In this document: piece after piece, positions 1 through 9,900 of the stretch
Layout of the letters: the number at the start of each line of letters is the position of its first letter
How positions within the stretch are numbered: position 1 is the first letter of the stretch
From: Methanomassiliicoccales archaeon
GTDB lineage: Archaea > Thermoplasmatota > Thermoplasmata > RBG-16-68-12 > SOIM01
DNA: 64,000 bases
Direction: 5' to 3'
Assembly (NCBI GenBank): GCA_030593885.1
Contig: JAUVGH010000001.1
Span: 40,463 to 104,462, forward strand
Made by a program: the position numbers and the translations under genes
Notes under the pieces: model-generated
What the model was told of the DNA's origin: nothing
Databases searched by the model: none
The model's input: only the letters and a program-made list of their open reading frames with translations

Positions 1-3000
1 ACACAAGGTTGACCCCGGCCGAAAGGAACTTTGCGAACTTGCCTCCCTGATCCGTGGCCATCCCTCTGTTGGAGTTGGCGTCGATCGCTTCCACGGTGTA
101 GAAGTAATTGCTGGTGTCTCCGTCCCCGTCACCGATCGAGGTGAACGTGGTCTGACCTGCCGAGGCTTGGCCGAGGTAGGTGTAACCCACTCTTCCCTGG
201 TCGTAGACCGTTCCTTTGTAGATCTCATATGCCACAACATCAGCGGCCCCGCCCACTGAGGGATCGTCAGGAGAAAGCCCCCATATTATCCGAACACCCT
301 GGAAGAGACCCCCGACGAGCTCAGCAGAAACGAAGGTCGGTGGTGCAACAGATATGTCCGGGGGTGGTGGGGCGACCGTGAAATCGGCCCAATAGAAAGT
401 GCCCCAGTTCTCGTCACCCGAGGAGGGAACACCGTCCGGGTCGTCCCTTCCGTGGACCCAGAGGGTGTAGTTGCCCAGAGCCTCCCAAGCGCTGCCCGCG
501 ACCGGGCCTTGCCAGTCTACCGCTTCGGTCGGAGAATCGAAGTTGCCGTCCGATGCGACCATGGACACCCCAGTCCCGTAATCTCCGGGTACGGGCTCCG
601 CGGGCTGAACGAAGAACTCAGCCTCTCCCAGTAGGGAATTGCCTTTGAGGGTGTCATCCACTATCGCGCTGAATTGCACCAAGGATACGTTCGTCGTAGG
701 ATTGGAGGATATGACGACGCTTCCCGGTATGGTCATGGGGCCGAGCGTATCGCCGCCAGGTCTGAGGATCGTGAACGTGTTGTCCGAGATGTCGGTTCCG
801 TTGAGGGGCGGTGTGTCGCTGTCCTGAACCACCACCTTGACCATGTAGCGGTCCCCGTTGGGCATGGTCGATATGTCCCAAGTGTAGGAGATCTGTCCGG
901 CAGGGATCGCACCGTCAATAAGTGTCCAGGTCTGTCCTGTATCATGGCTGTAATAGGCCGCCTGCTGTGCAACCGCAGGAATCGCCGTCCTGTTCCAGTG
1001 AATGGTGGCCGTGTTCCCGCTGAACGTTTCGCCGCCGTTGGGATGAGTAAGGTCCACGACCGGGTGGTAATGGTCGTCAAGCAACCAGATTATCGTCTTG
1101 TTGAGCACATCTCCTCTGGTGGCTGAGTCAGATTGGGAGTAATCCATCCCAGTGAACTCGAAGAAGAAACCTGCTATCTTGGAAGGATATCCACCCCATA
1201 CGATGTTCGGGTCAGCCGTGCCGTTGGGAGCCGATGAGACCCATCTTATTCCAACGTTGTCCCTGTTCGCCAGCAGACCGTAGCTCTTCCATGAGTAGTA
1301 CACGTTACCTCCAGCATCAAGTCCCAGTATCTCATCACCGCTGGCACCTTGCCTGTGGTATGCATAGGATATCCTGCTGAACCCGGAGTATGAACCGCTG
1401 ATCGGGTCCCCGACGATACCCTCGACGGCTCCCCATGTATACGGATCCTCCTTCCAATCGACCTTCAGCGTTGATTTCAACCAGGAGTACCTCTCGGGGC
1501 TTGAGAATCCTGAACTGGATTGCGTGGACAAAGCCCAAGCAGTGTCGTGAGATGAGATGTAGAACCTTCCTCCTCCATCTATGTAGTTGGCGATCAAAGG
1601 TCTTTGCGAGTCCTCTATCGGAGGATACTGCTCCAGCCCGGTCTGCCACAGGACAGCCTTGTACTCCTGCAACAGCGCCAGGCTCGGGTCGCCGCTCCTG
1701 TCTATGTACCGGAGGTTGTACGACCATCCTCCCCATTCCAGCGCATCTCTGTAGCTCTGGACCCTGTTGGGCGGGAAGGTCTCATCGCCGATGACGAGCA
1801 ATATCTCGGCCTTCTCGGTTGTTGTGAACGTGTAATGGACTCCACCGAAGTCGTCCAAAGTGGTGTGTCCGAACCGATCGCTCGATTCGACATCGAAGTA
1901 ATACTTCGTTCCGGTCTCCAGCCCTATCAGGTCCACCTCGTGGTAGGTCTCCAGTGTGGGATCGTAATCGATCATCCCGAGGCCTGTTGTGTTGCCCCAG
2001 AACACCCTTGAGTCGCTGGACTCGTCCGTCTGCCAGGTCACCGTCGCGGCAGCGTTGGTGATGTCCTTGACCCGAACATTCGATATGATCGGACCCGCTG
2101 CGTCAACGCGCGCTGTCGCGGTCGAAACATGAACCGGAGAAACGTCGTTGTAAGTGACCGTTATGGTATCTAGGTCCGAGACCTCCAGCATCCCGTTGGG
2201 GAACGGTGCCCAGAAGGAGGTGTCGATCGAACCTCTGAATACCCCGCTTCCGACAGGCGTCAAAGCGACGACCTCTCCCGCAACCTCGGTGTCGCTCGTG
2301 GCTGTCACCGAGACCGATACCGCGTCCGAATCCTGGACCTCTATGTTGATCGTGTCGCTGTCCCCGTAGACGCCCTTGTCGATGTACACCTGACCGAACG
2401 ACCTGTCCAGGTCCCCTGAGATCACTAGGGCGAACGGCTGCGGGCCTGCCGGGATGCCGAATCCGGTGACCCTGACCTTCCAAATCCCCGTCGAAGGGTC
2501 GCCCAGTCTCACACCTTCCAGCGGGTTCTTGGCGTCGAAAAGACCGCCAGGCCTCGACTCACTGATGCCGAACGGTGTGCTGAACACATTACCTCTATAC
2601 ACGGTTCCTATCGGAGATACGACCTCAAGATTCAGGTCGTTGACCAATGCGGTCGGTGCTCCGAGCGTTCCGGGGAAGTCCGTCCATGCCAGCTGGACCC
2701 TGAGTTCCTGCCCCGAGTTGACGAAGTAACTGTACTCCACCCGGTCTCCCGTCAGGAGTCCTCCGGTGTGTTCCACTATCCCCATCTGCCTCGGGTCACC
2801 CGCGAGGTATAGGATCTTGTCCAGGTTGGGTCTGCCCCAACCCTGGGCGTTGTTGGGCCACTTCTGCTCGTTCTTGGAGTCTTTGTAGGACCCGGTCATC
2901 TTCTCCCCGCTTGCTGCCAGAACCGCCTTCATCAGCGCTGCAGATGGATCGAAGCTCTGCGCGAGATCACTTGCTCCCGTCGGGTACCATCCGTCCACGA

Positions 3001-4747
3001 AATACTGCCTTATGATCGCCACCGTGCCTGAAGCGGCCGGTGCGGCGTAGCTCGTCCCCAGCCAGCCGGTCGTTCTTCCCGGCAGGATGCTGGTCCACGG
3101 GTTGCCATCGCTCCTCGAAGAATATCCTTCTCCGACCATAGTGACCGTTGGCTTCAATCGACCGTCGGTCGTCGGTCCCCTGCTGCTGTAGCCCGCAACA
3201 TCGTTCTTGCCCCAGAAGGTCACCGGACTTACACTTCCGGCAGCCCCCGCAGACACGATAGACTTCGCCGTTGCTGGACTTCCCACGTCATACGGATCGC
3301 CAGATGCGGGTCCTCCGTTGCCGTTGGAGTATATGACAAGCATGTCCGGATAGTTCCACATGAACATATCTGTCATCCTTGCCTGAAGATCGTAATTGGA
3401 GTCATGCGTTCCCCAGCTGTTGCTGTGGATCCTTACCCCCGCGTTGTAGGGCTCTATATACATGTAGTAATAATCATCAGGGATGTATCTCAGGCAGTCG
3501 TCCCACGGGTCTCCCGGCTGCGGCCTGCAGACCGTTCCTATGTCCTGCATGAAGATCTGGGTTCCCTTTCCCTGTCCATCGTGAACGCTTGCCCCACCGA
3601 CATCATCGTCCCTGCCGGCGCCGGTTCCCGCCACCATGGTCCCGTGTCCGCTCGTGCCGCCCATGCCGGGTGCGCTGTCCTTGAGGGCCCATTCATCTCC
3701 CCCAGTGAAGGGATCGATTCCCACGTAACCGCTCATGGGGAGGTACCTGACCAGCTTCCTCCTTCCGAGGTCGGTGATATTGTAGATGTCCCCGGTGACT
3801 ATCAGTCCGGCCGATTGCCTGAAGAAGTTATGGTCGAAGTCCAGGCCGGTGTCGGCATATGCAATGATCTGACCGGTCCCGTCCAAACCCACATCCCACA
3901 TCTTCCTGTCGCCGTTCACGTTCGTCTGATGGATCCACTGCATGTTCTGGTTCTCGATCACCGGCTCATAATAGGGCTCGATGTATCTGACGAAATCCAG
4001 TGCAGCGATCTCTAGCAGTCGGTCGCCATCGATCTCCGCCTTCACCAACCCGAAGTCCGCGCCGATGGTCGAGCTGATGACCTGACCCGGTTCCAGCCTT
4101 GCCAGAACGGGATCCACTCCCCCGCCGTCATGTGTGATGATCTCCACTACGGTAGTGCCTTCCCTGTCCATCAGGTCTGGGCGTATCTTGTAGGCAGCGT
4201 GGAACAGTCCTGTCCACTGAACGAAATTGAGCCTTGAAATGCTCTCCTTCTCCTCTGAGTCCATCTTGACGATGAACGCGTTGTTGGGCACGTAATCGCC
4301 CAGTTCCGCTCCGAGGCTCTCGACACGGTTCTTCCATTCTTCCTTTGTCGGTCCAACGAACTGGATGATGTAATGGCCGGCGGCACCCCCTGGGTACTCG
4401 CCCGTCCTTAATTCCTCAGAGATCTTGGGTTCACCATCCCGCGTATCGAACTCATACCCGTTAAGGCCGATCACGTGGAGTCTCGGTTCCTTCTCAACAA
4501 GGTAACCACTGGATTCCAGAATCCCCTTCTCTCTATCTGTCAGCCTTCCAATGGCGAACGTGTCATACAGGCTGACGACCCTGAAACCGTTCAGACCTTC
4601 CTGACCATCTTGGCCGCTGAAGTAGATCCTGTAGTCGTTCCTTTCCGAGTTGTCATTCACAAAAGCATACACCGCCGAAAAAGCGGGTACAATCATAGCA
4701 ATCACTACCAACAAAGCAAGCATGCTCGATGTCTTTTTAGGTCCCAT
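1..4747 (-). CDS. Secreted multi-domain subtilisin-like (peptidase S8) serine protease; the C-terminus runs off the left edge of the window
   Basis: Absent from the supplied ORF track because there is no stop codon in the window. My own minus-strand translation from ATG 4747-4745 (GGAGGAGG at 4754-4761, 6-nt spacer) stays open down to position 2. N-terminus MGPKKTSSMLALLVVIAMIVPAFSAVYAF looks like a signal/anchor. Catalytic motifs: AYADTGLDFDH (Asp codon 3853-3851), GTSGHGTMVAG (His 3646-3644), GTSYAAPAASG (Ser 3052-3050). These are followed by a P-domain-like segment (LAWTDFPG..NDLNLEV) and an FN3-like segment (VTWQTDESSDSRVFWG..TKYYFDVES). None of the short minus-strand ORFs listed in 1-4750 uses this frame. 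Confidence 0.85.
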   Translation of the reverse strand, partial: MGPKKTSSMLALLVVIAMIVPAFSAVYAFVNDNSERNDYRIYFSGQDGQEGLNGFRVVSLYDTFAIGRLTDREKGILESSGYLVEKEPRLHVIGLNGYEFDTRDGEPKISEELRTGEYPGGAAGHYIIQFVGPTKEEWKNRVESLGAELGDYVPNNAFIVKMDSEEKESISRLNFVQWTGLFHAAYKIRPDLMDREGTTVVEIITHDGGGVDPVLARLEPGQVISSTIGADFGLVKAEIDGDRLLEIAALDFVRYIEPYYEPVIENQNMQWIHQTNVNGDRKMWDVGLDGTGQIIAYADTGLDFDHNFFRQSAGLIVTGDIYNITDLGRRKLVRYLPMSGYVGIDPFTGGDEWALKDSAPGMGGTSGHGTMVAGTGAGRDDDVGGASVHDGQGKGTQIFMQDIGTVCRPQPGDPWDDCLRYIPDDYYYMYIEPYNAGVRIHSNSWGTHDSNYDLQARMTDMFMWNYPDMLVIYSNGNGGPASGDPYDVGSPATAKSIVSAGAAGSVSPVTFWGKNDVAGYSSRGPTTDGRLKPTVTMVGEGYSSRSDGNPWTSILPGRTTGWLGTSYAAPAASGTVAIIRQYFVDGWYPTGASDLAQSFDPSAALMKAVLAASGEKMTGSYKDSKNEQKWPNNAQGWGRPNLDKILYLAGDPRQMGIVEHTGGLLTGDRVEYSYFVNSGQELRVQLAWTDFPGTLGAPTALVNDLNLEVVSPIGTVYRGNVFSTPFGISESRPGGLFDAKNPLEGVRLGDPSTGIWKVRVTGFGIPAGPQPFALVISGDLDRSFGQVYIDKGVYGDSDTINIEVQDSDAVSVSVTATSDTEVAGEVVALTPVGSGVFRGSIDTSFWAPFPNGMLEVSDLDTITVTYNDVSPVHVSTATARVDAAGPIISNVRVKDITNAAATVTWQTDESSDSRVFWGNTTGLGMIDYDPTLETYHEVDLIGLETGTKYYFDVESSDRFGHTTLDDFGGVHYTFTTTEKAEILLVIGDETFPPNRVQSYRDALEWGGWSYNLRYIDRSGDPSLALLQEYKAVLWQTGLEQYPPIEDSQRPLIANYIDGGGRFYISSHDTAWALSTQSSSGFSSPERYSWLKSTLKVDWKEDPYTWGAVEGIVGDPISGSYSGFSRISYAYHRQGASGDEILGLDAGGNVYYSWKSYGLLANRDNVGIRWVSSAPNGTADPNIVWGGYPSKIAGFFFEFTGMDYSQSDSATRGDVLNKTIIWLLDDHYHPVVDLTHPNGGETFSGNTATIHWNRTAIPAVAQQAAYYSHDTGQTWTLIDGAIPAGQISYTWDISTMPNGDRYMVKVVVQDSDTPPLNGTDISDNTFTILRPGGDTLGPMTIPGSVVISSNPTTNVSLVQFSAIVDDTLKGNSLLGEAEFFVQPAEPVPGDYGTGVSMVASDGNFDSPTEAVDWQGPVAGSAWEALGNYTLWVHGRDDPDGVPSSGDENWGTFYWADFTVAPPPPDISVAPPTFVSAELVGGLFQGVRIIWGLSPDDPSVGGAADVVAYEIYKGTVYDQGRVGYTYLGQASAGQTTFTSIGDGDGDTSNYFYTVEAIDANSNRGMATDQGGKFAKFLSAGVNLV

Positions 4748-4855
4748 ATCAGACCTCCTCCATTCTCCGATGCAATGTGTAAATATCGGTTCTGCCCACC
4801 AATGAATACACTCTGGACTATTGTATGAATTCTACGGTATAAAAGATTTGTCTAA

Positions 4856-5563
4856 TCATTTGGATAAGACCCTGGTCACCTGGAGGTCGCCCTTCTCAAC
4901 CAGGAGGGTGAAGAAGTCCGTGCTGTGGTCCGTACCCCTCATCTTGACGCACCGGATCCTCCTTTGGATGTTCTCGTCGTTCATCCTCTCCATCTTGGTG
5001 TGGATTATCCCGTCGGAGATGTAGTCCTCGCCGTATTCGCCGTAGTTGTCCGAATTCGCGGCCATCTCGCAGATTATGATGCAGGTCACGTCCAGCCCCC
5101 GAAGCCATTCGAAGAAGTAGAAAAGGTCCTCCCTTGGGTTCGTGAAGCTCGAGAGCACTTCCAGAACGGGCAATGAGTCTATGACCAGGATATCGTACTC
5201 AGTGTTCTTCTTGAGGTTCTCGGCGTACATCTTGAAGATGTCCAGCCAGTTCTTGCTTTCCATCCTCTCCAGGTTCCTTCTGATCAGGCCGAAATCGACT
5301 ATGCTGAGCTTGTCTCCAACCTCTTTCAGGTCCATTCCGAGCCCGGCCATCTGGTTGAGCAAGCTCTCTCGACCTTGTTCAAGGGAGAAGAACGTCCCTC
5401 TGACGTCATCCTCCTTGGCGCTATTGAAGAGTATGTTGTACGCCATCGTCGTCTTCATCGTACCCGGTGGTCCGCAGATCAGGACAAGGCTCCCTTTGGG
5501 GATACCTCCAGCCATGTGCTCGTCGAACCCCTTGATGTACGTCTTTATTCGCCCGTTATCCAT
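4856..5563 (-). CDS. Single-domain KaiC/RadA-like RecA-superfamily ATPase
   Basis: 235-aa ORF. KaiC-type N-terminus IKGFDEHMAGGIPKGSLVLICG, Walker A GPPGTMKTT, Walker B-like ILVIDSL. Confidence 0.8.
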   Translation of the reverse strand: MDNGRIKTYIKGFDEHMAGGIPKGSLVLICGPPGTMKTTMAYNILFNSAKEDDVRGTFFSLEQGRESLLNQMAGLGMDLKEVGDKLSIVDFGLIRRNLERMESKNWLDIFKMYAENLKKNTEYDILVIDSLPVLEVLSSFTNPREDLFYFFEWLRGLDVTCIIICEMAANSDNYGEYGEDYISDGIIHTKMERMNDENIQRRIRCVKMRGTDHSTDFFTLLVEKGDLQVTRVLSK

Positions 5564-5785
5564 ATGGGTTCGAGGGAACTATCTCGTCAGTGCGTCTTAT
5601 ATATTGTTGTTTAATTATCAAAAAATAAAAGGGGGAGTAATCGTGAATGTTAAATCTGTCACAACTCTCCTGAGCCCCGTGCCGTCGTGGTCATTCGACT
5701 GCTGGTTTATAGTCATTTTTGAACTGGGTCTGTTACCGAGAAAAGCTTATTTGTTATCAGGTTGTTTACCAGGTGGGGAGAGGAG

Positions 5786-6373
5786 ATGTTCGTTTCTGAC
5801 AAGAACATGAAGGATCTGATATTTCATTATTTGAAGGAGAAGGAGACATCCATCAGCGGTCTCTCAAGGATGCTGGAGAGGGACGGATACAAGGTTCACC
5901 GGCTGGTTCTCACGGGATACCTGAAAGCCCTGGCCGACGTTGGGATGTTGAAGCAGAAGGAGATACCGCCTTCAAAGGTCTACACGGTCACATCGAACAG
6001 CACCAAGAGCATCTATGATGTGGTGAGGGGGAAGTGCAGATCATTGGAGGTCGATGACAAGGAGGCAGCGACCATCGGCTGTTACATACTTCAGAACCTC
6101 TTCGGAAGACCGATCTTCTTGCAAGAGATCAGGCAGTTCGGTTTCGGGGACACGGTACTGGCAAAGAGGATAACAGGCGAGGAGAGGTCCGAGGCCAGGA
6201 AGAAGCTTACACAGAACGGGTTCAGGCTTCCGATCAACGATCCAGCGTACCTCGTTGACCCGGAAAAGGACTATGAGGAGGTCATGGACTGGGCCCTTCA
6301 CATGATCCTGATCGAGGAGTTCAAGGCTCAAGGACTTCTGATGGGTCCTAAGCAGACAAAACTCGAATTATGA
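5786..6373 (+). CDS. Winged-helix DNA-binding protein of unknown function
   Basis: ATG 5786 is preceded by GGGGAGAGGAG; the track ORF starts upstream at 5762. The N-terminal segment SISGLSRMLERDGYKVHRLVLTGYLKALADVGMLKQKE looks like a wHTH. Divergent from the KaiC-like gene. Confidence 0.55.
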   Translation: MFVSDKNMKDLIFHYLKEKETSISGLSRMLERDGYKVHRLVLTGYLKALADVGMLKQKEIPPSKVYTVTSNSTKSIYDVVRGKCRSLEVDDKEAATIGCYILQNLFGRPIFLQEIRQFGFGDTVLAKRITGEERSEARKKLTQNGFRLPINDPAYLVDPEKDYEEVMDWALHMILIEEFKAQGLLMGPKQTKLEL

Positions 6374-6696
6374 TAGGTCGGTGATAGGCCACCGGGGTAG
6401 CCGCTCAGAACTGGCAAGAGGGAATCCCGAAACATTCTCAACCCCGCTACCCCACGAGCGTTGGTAATACGCGGTAAGGCTGCTCACTTCCGTGCCTGAC
6501 CCGATTCCCGCGATCAAGGCGGTGGCCGTGACCCTCCGGCCAAACCATCCGCCACCTCCAGCCCCGCGGGACAGGATATCATCGTTGTCCCAGGGCCTAT
6601 CACCAGGCTGGTTACGTCGTCCCCGGCTGTCAGCGCCGCCATGACGATTTCGGCTAGTAGAGGACGCCAAGCCCTCCGCTCAAGCCTACCAAGCCC
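6368..6696 (-). ncRNA. ffs: Signal recognition particle RNA (archaeal 7S RNA)
   Basis: The minus-strand read contains the helix-8 signature GGGTCAGGCACGGAAGTGAGCAGCC (~6478-6503). Compare the universal GGUCAGGUCCGGAAGGAAGCAGCC; here the GGAA tetraloop is closed by CAC/GTG. There is a helix-6-like hairpin with a GNAR loop (GGCC-GGAG-GGTC) inside GGTGGCGG..CCACCGCC. An 11-bp long-range pairing joins GGTGATAGGCC (6594-6604) to GGCCTATCACC (6380-6390). The ends pair as TGGTAGG/CCTATCA. A TATA box lies upstream and an oligo-T run lies just past the 3' end. Ends are +/- 10 nt. Confidence 0.85.
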
Positions 6697-6710
6697 AACT
6701 ATGAGATAGA

Positions 6711-6720
6711 TGATATTTAA
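6711..6720 (-). promoter_or_regulatory. TATA-box-like element upstream of the SRP RNA
   Basis: Minus-strand TTAAATATCA lies ~20-25 nt upstream of the G-rich predicted RNA 5' end (GGGCTTGG). Confidence 0.5.
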
Positions 6721-6972
6721 ATCGTTTCGTCTGGTGGCTCGGACGGCAACCGTGTGCCTTCCCCCATCGTCTCGTTCTTGATATTGATAGTGATAACAGA
6801 ACGGTCGCTTTTGTGGAGTACTGGGCCGATCGATCTGCGATTGTGTGGCCTCAGGGAAAGTTTATAGTATCTCAAATGAATACAATCAATAGCACGCTCT
6901 GAAAGAGCAGTGGCATAGGAATACTATCTAGACGATAGAATACAGAGTATCAAGAAGGGGGATATCTCCTCT

Positions 6973-9900
6973 ATGTGGGTCCTGAAAAGGCGAGAGGGGT
7001 CAGTCAATTACATATTTTTCTGGGCAATAATAGCGCTTCTGCTGGCCATTGGTCTTCTCTGCCTGTTCCTGTCGTTTCCACTCGTCTTCGGGAATGCATC
7101 CGCTCTTGTTGTCGATGAGAACATCGCCGTCATCCTCCTCATACTTGGCCTACTCCTTATCACGGTCTCCGGGGCCCTATCCATTCGTCAGGCCCGGCTC
7201 CTTGCACGCTTGAGGCAGCTCACCATGATGAAGGACAACGCCCGGTCCGGCCTGCGTCTCGCCGAGAGCATGGGCATCGACACCCAGAGGGCAGATGTCC
7301 TGTACAAAAGCGCCCAGGCCAACGTTGGATTCAGGAAGATCAAGGAATCAGAAGCGGCCATGACCGACTGCACCGCGATCCTCGAATCACAGCTGACACT
7401 TCACACCGATAAGCTCCTGGAGAAGACCAAGTCCCGAATGGAGCTCAAGAGGGATTCCACCGGGATACTGTTCAAGGACGAGTCGCTCAGACCTATCGAG
7501 GAAGAGCTGGAGAACGGTGACTACTGGGAGGTTTCCCGCCTTCTGCGGGCCCACAGCATTTCATCGGACAGGATAGAAGGGCTCTGGTACACCTTGAAGA
7601 AAGCCAAGAGACTGGGCATCCCGATCGAAGAGGACCTGAAGGACTTGAAGGACATTCTCATAGAGTTCAACAAGGGCAACTTCTCCGATGCCAGGGTGGG
7701 ATCCATCAGAACCAGGGATTCATTGAATGTTCGCATGAAGAGATACGTCCAGCAGAACTACGTCACTCCGGTTTATCGGAAGATCAACTCACTTGGGAAC
7801 AGGGGCATCGTATCCGAGGATGCCCGGGAACTGATGGCCAAAGCGGGCACCAATCTTCTCGCGGCCAATATCGAGAACACGATCAAGATGGCCAGTCTCG
7901 GTGGGTCCAGCATAGATGAGGCTACGAAGGTGGCTATCAACGAGTCCTTCGAGAAGTTGGATGACATCGCAACCCGGGCCGAGAGATTGGGTGTCGACGT
8001 TTCCTCTTATCCCCACCGGACGGACATCGCTAAGAGCGACCTGGAGGAAGGAAGGCTGGAGAAGAGCCTGGACGTTCTCCGGAACGCCGAGATGTCCATG
8101 ACCAAGGAGATGAACTTCGTTGTCGTGGAGCAATTCGTTCCACTCAGGAAGAGCATCGATACCTTGTTCCTTGTACCCGAATCCAGGCTCGAACTTGTCG
8201 AGATCCTGGACGGGGCCGACGGGGAGAGGAAGAAAGGGAACTTCGAAGAAGCGGTCGAGATGGCAGAGAAGCTTGCGGACAAGATCCAGATCGAGAAGAA
8301 AGAGTCCCTCAGGGCGATCAAGAGCTCTGCCAAGAAACTGGGAACCAAGGTGGAAGAGCTCGAAGAGAAAGGCGTCCCCACCAAGAAGATAAAGAAGGCA
8401 ATGAAGATCTCAGAGGAAGCGGCATTGGAAGAGAACTTCGTTGGGGCGATGGAGATACTGCTCAATGTCACTGAGATCGTAAACAAGAACCTGGCTCTGC
8501 ACAAGGATTCTGTCAGGACAATGGAAGAGCTCGCAACCCTGCTTGACAGAACAAAGGACAAAGGGGTCAAGGTGGCCGACCTCAGGAAGAAGATGAAGGC
8601 CCTGGAGAAGGTCACGGACCTGGAGCAGGTGATTTCCAAGGCCAAAAGGATAGAGGAGGTCGCTCTCCAAAGGATGACCGACGCGACAGAGAGGACCACG
8701 GTCAAACTCATGAAGATGAGGGACCAGCTTCACTCGCTGCTGGAACTCGGTGTGGACGTGGGCGAGGTACCCAAGCTCATCGGGGAAGCGGAATCTTCGG
8801 TCGAGAAGCAGAACTTCAAGAAGGCCGAGAAGATCGCCAAGAAGGCCGAGCAACAGCTGGAGGTGGCCATCGATCTTTCCGAGATGTTCGATGATCTCTT
8901 GGGGCAGATCGCGGAGACCTTCACTCTACTGGACACCGCTGGGGTTCCCACAACAGTTTTCGAATCAGACTTGCAGAACATCACGACCGAGAGGAACGCA
9001 GATACCCTAGAAGAACTGACCAGGTTCCTGGACGAGGTTCGTGCGGAGAAGGACAGGATAAGGAGCCAGGCCAGGGACACTTTGGAAGAGGCAGGGACCT
9101 TGGTCCAAGAACACCGAGACATATCGTTCGACGACGAGAATGAGATCATTGCCAAGGCGACCGAGGCCTACGACGATGGAAGGTTCAGCCAGGCGTTCGA
9201 GGTGGCCGTCGAGGCCGTTGGCAGGACGAAGAAGAAGGTGGAGCTTTTCGAGAATTCCACCGAAGCCTGCGAGGCCTTGGGCGAGATCATAAGACGGCTG
9301 AGCGAGGGCGGTTTTGACGCTCATTCACTGGAATCGGACCTCCAGATATGCGAGATGGACAGCGACCCAAGCTCACGAATTGAGAAGATCAGGACCCTTG
9401 AGGCGGAGGTCAAGAGAACCGAGTCCAAGTTGGTTCAGAATATGGACTGGGCGGCGGTCGAGGCGCGGCACGGGATATCCCTCCTTAAGGGGAATGAAGT
9501 CTCATCGGACGACCTGTCCGAGATGCTGACCTCGGCGAATGAGCTCGCAGAGAAGCTCAAATACCGGGATGCTGAGAAGAAGGCGAGGAACGTTCGCGAC
9601 CTGGCCGAAGAGAGGATCCAGCAGTTCAGGGAGGCGAAGGATCGGATGTCATCTCTTGAACATATCGTGAACAGGGCGAAGGAGATGGGCGTGTCTCTGG
9701 ACGAGCTCGAGGAAGATATATCCTGGCTGGAGAGCTCGGATGACTATTCTCACATAATAGAGAAGTCGGGGCTTCTTTTCGATCGGATCAACAACCTGTT
9801 CGAGGGCAATCGGGACGATGTCCGCGATTCATTATCCAGACTGAGAGAGACGGCGGCCGAGATGGAACAAATCGGGATTCGGGCAAAGACCGTCCTTGAG

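Noticed and set aside
6368-6670. 100-aa minus-strand ORF (MASSTSRNRHGGADSRGRR..)
   Set aside because: It lies entirely inside the SRP RNA gene and has a Gly/Arg/Ser-rich, non-protein-like composition. It is the structured RNA read as codons.
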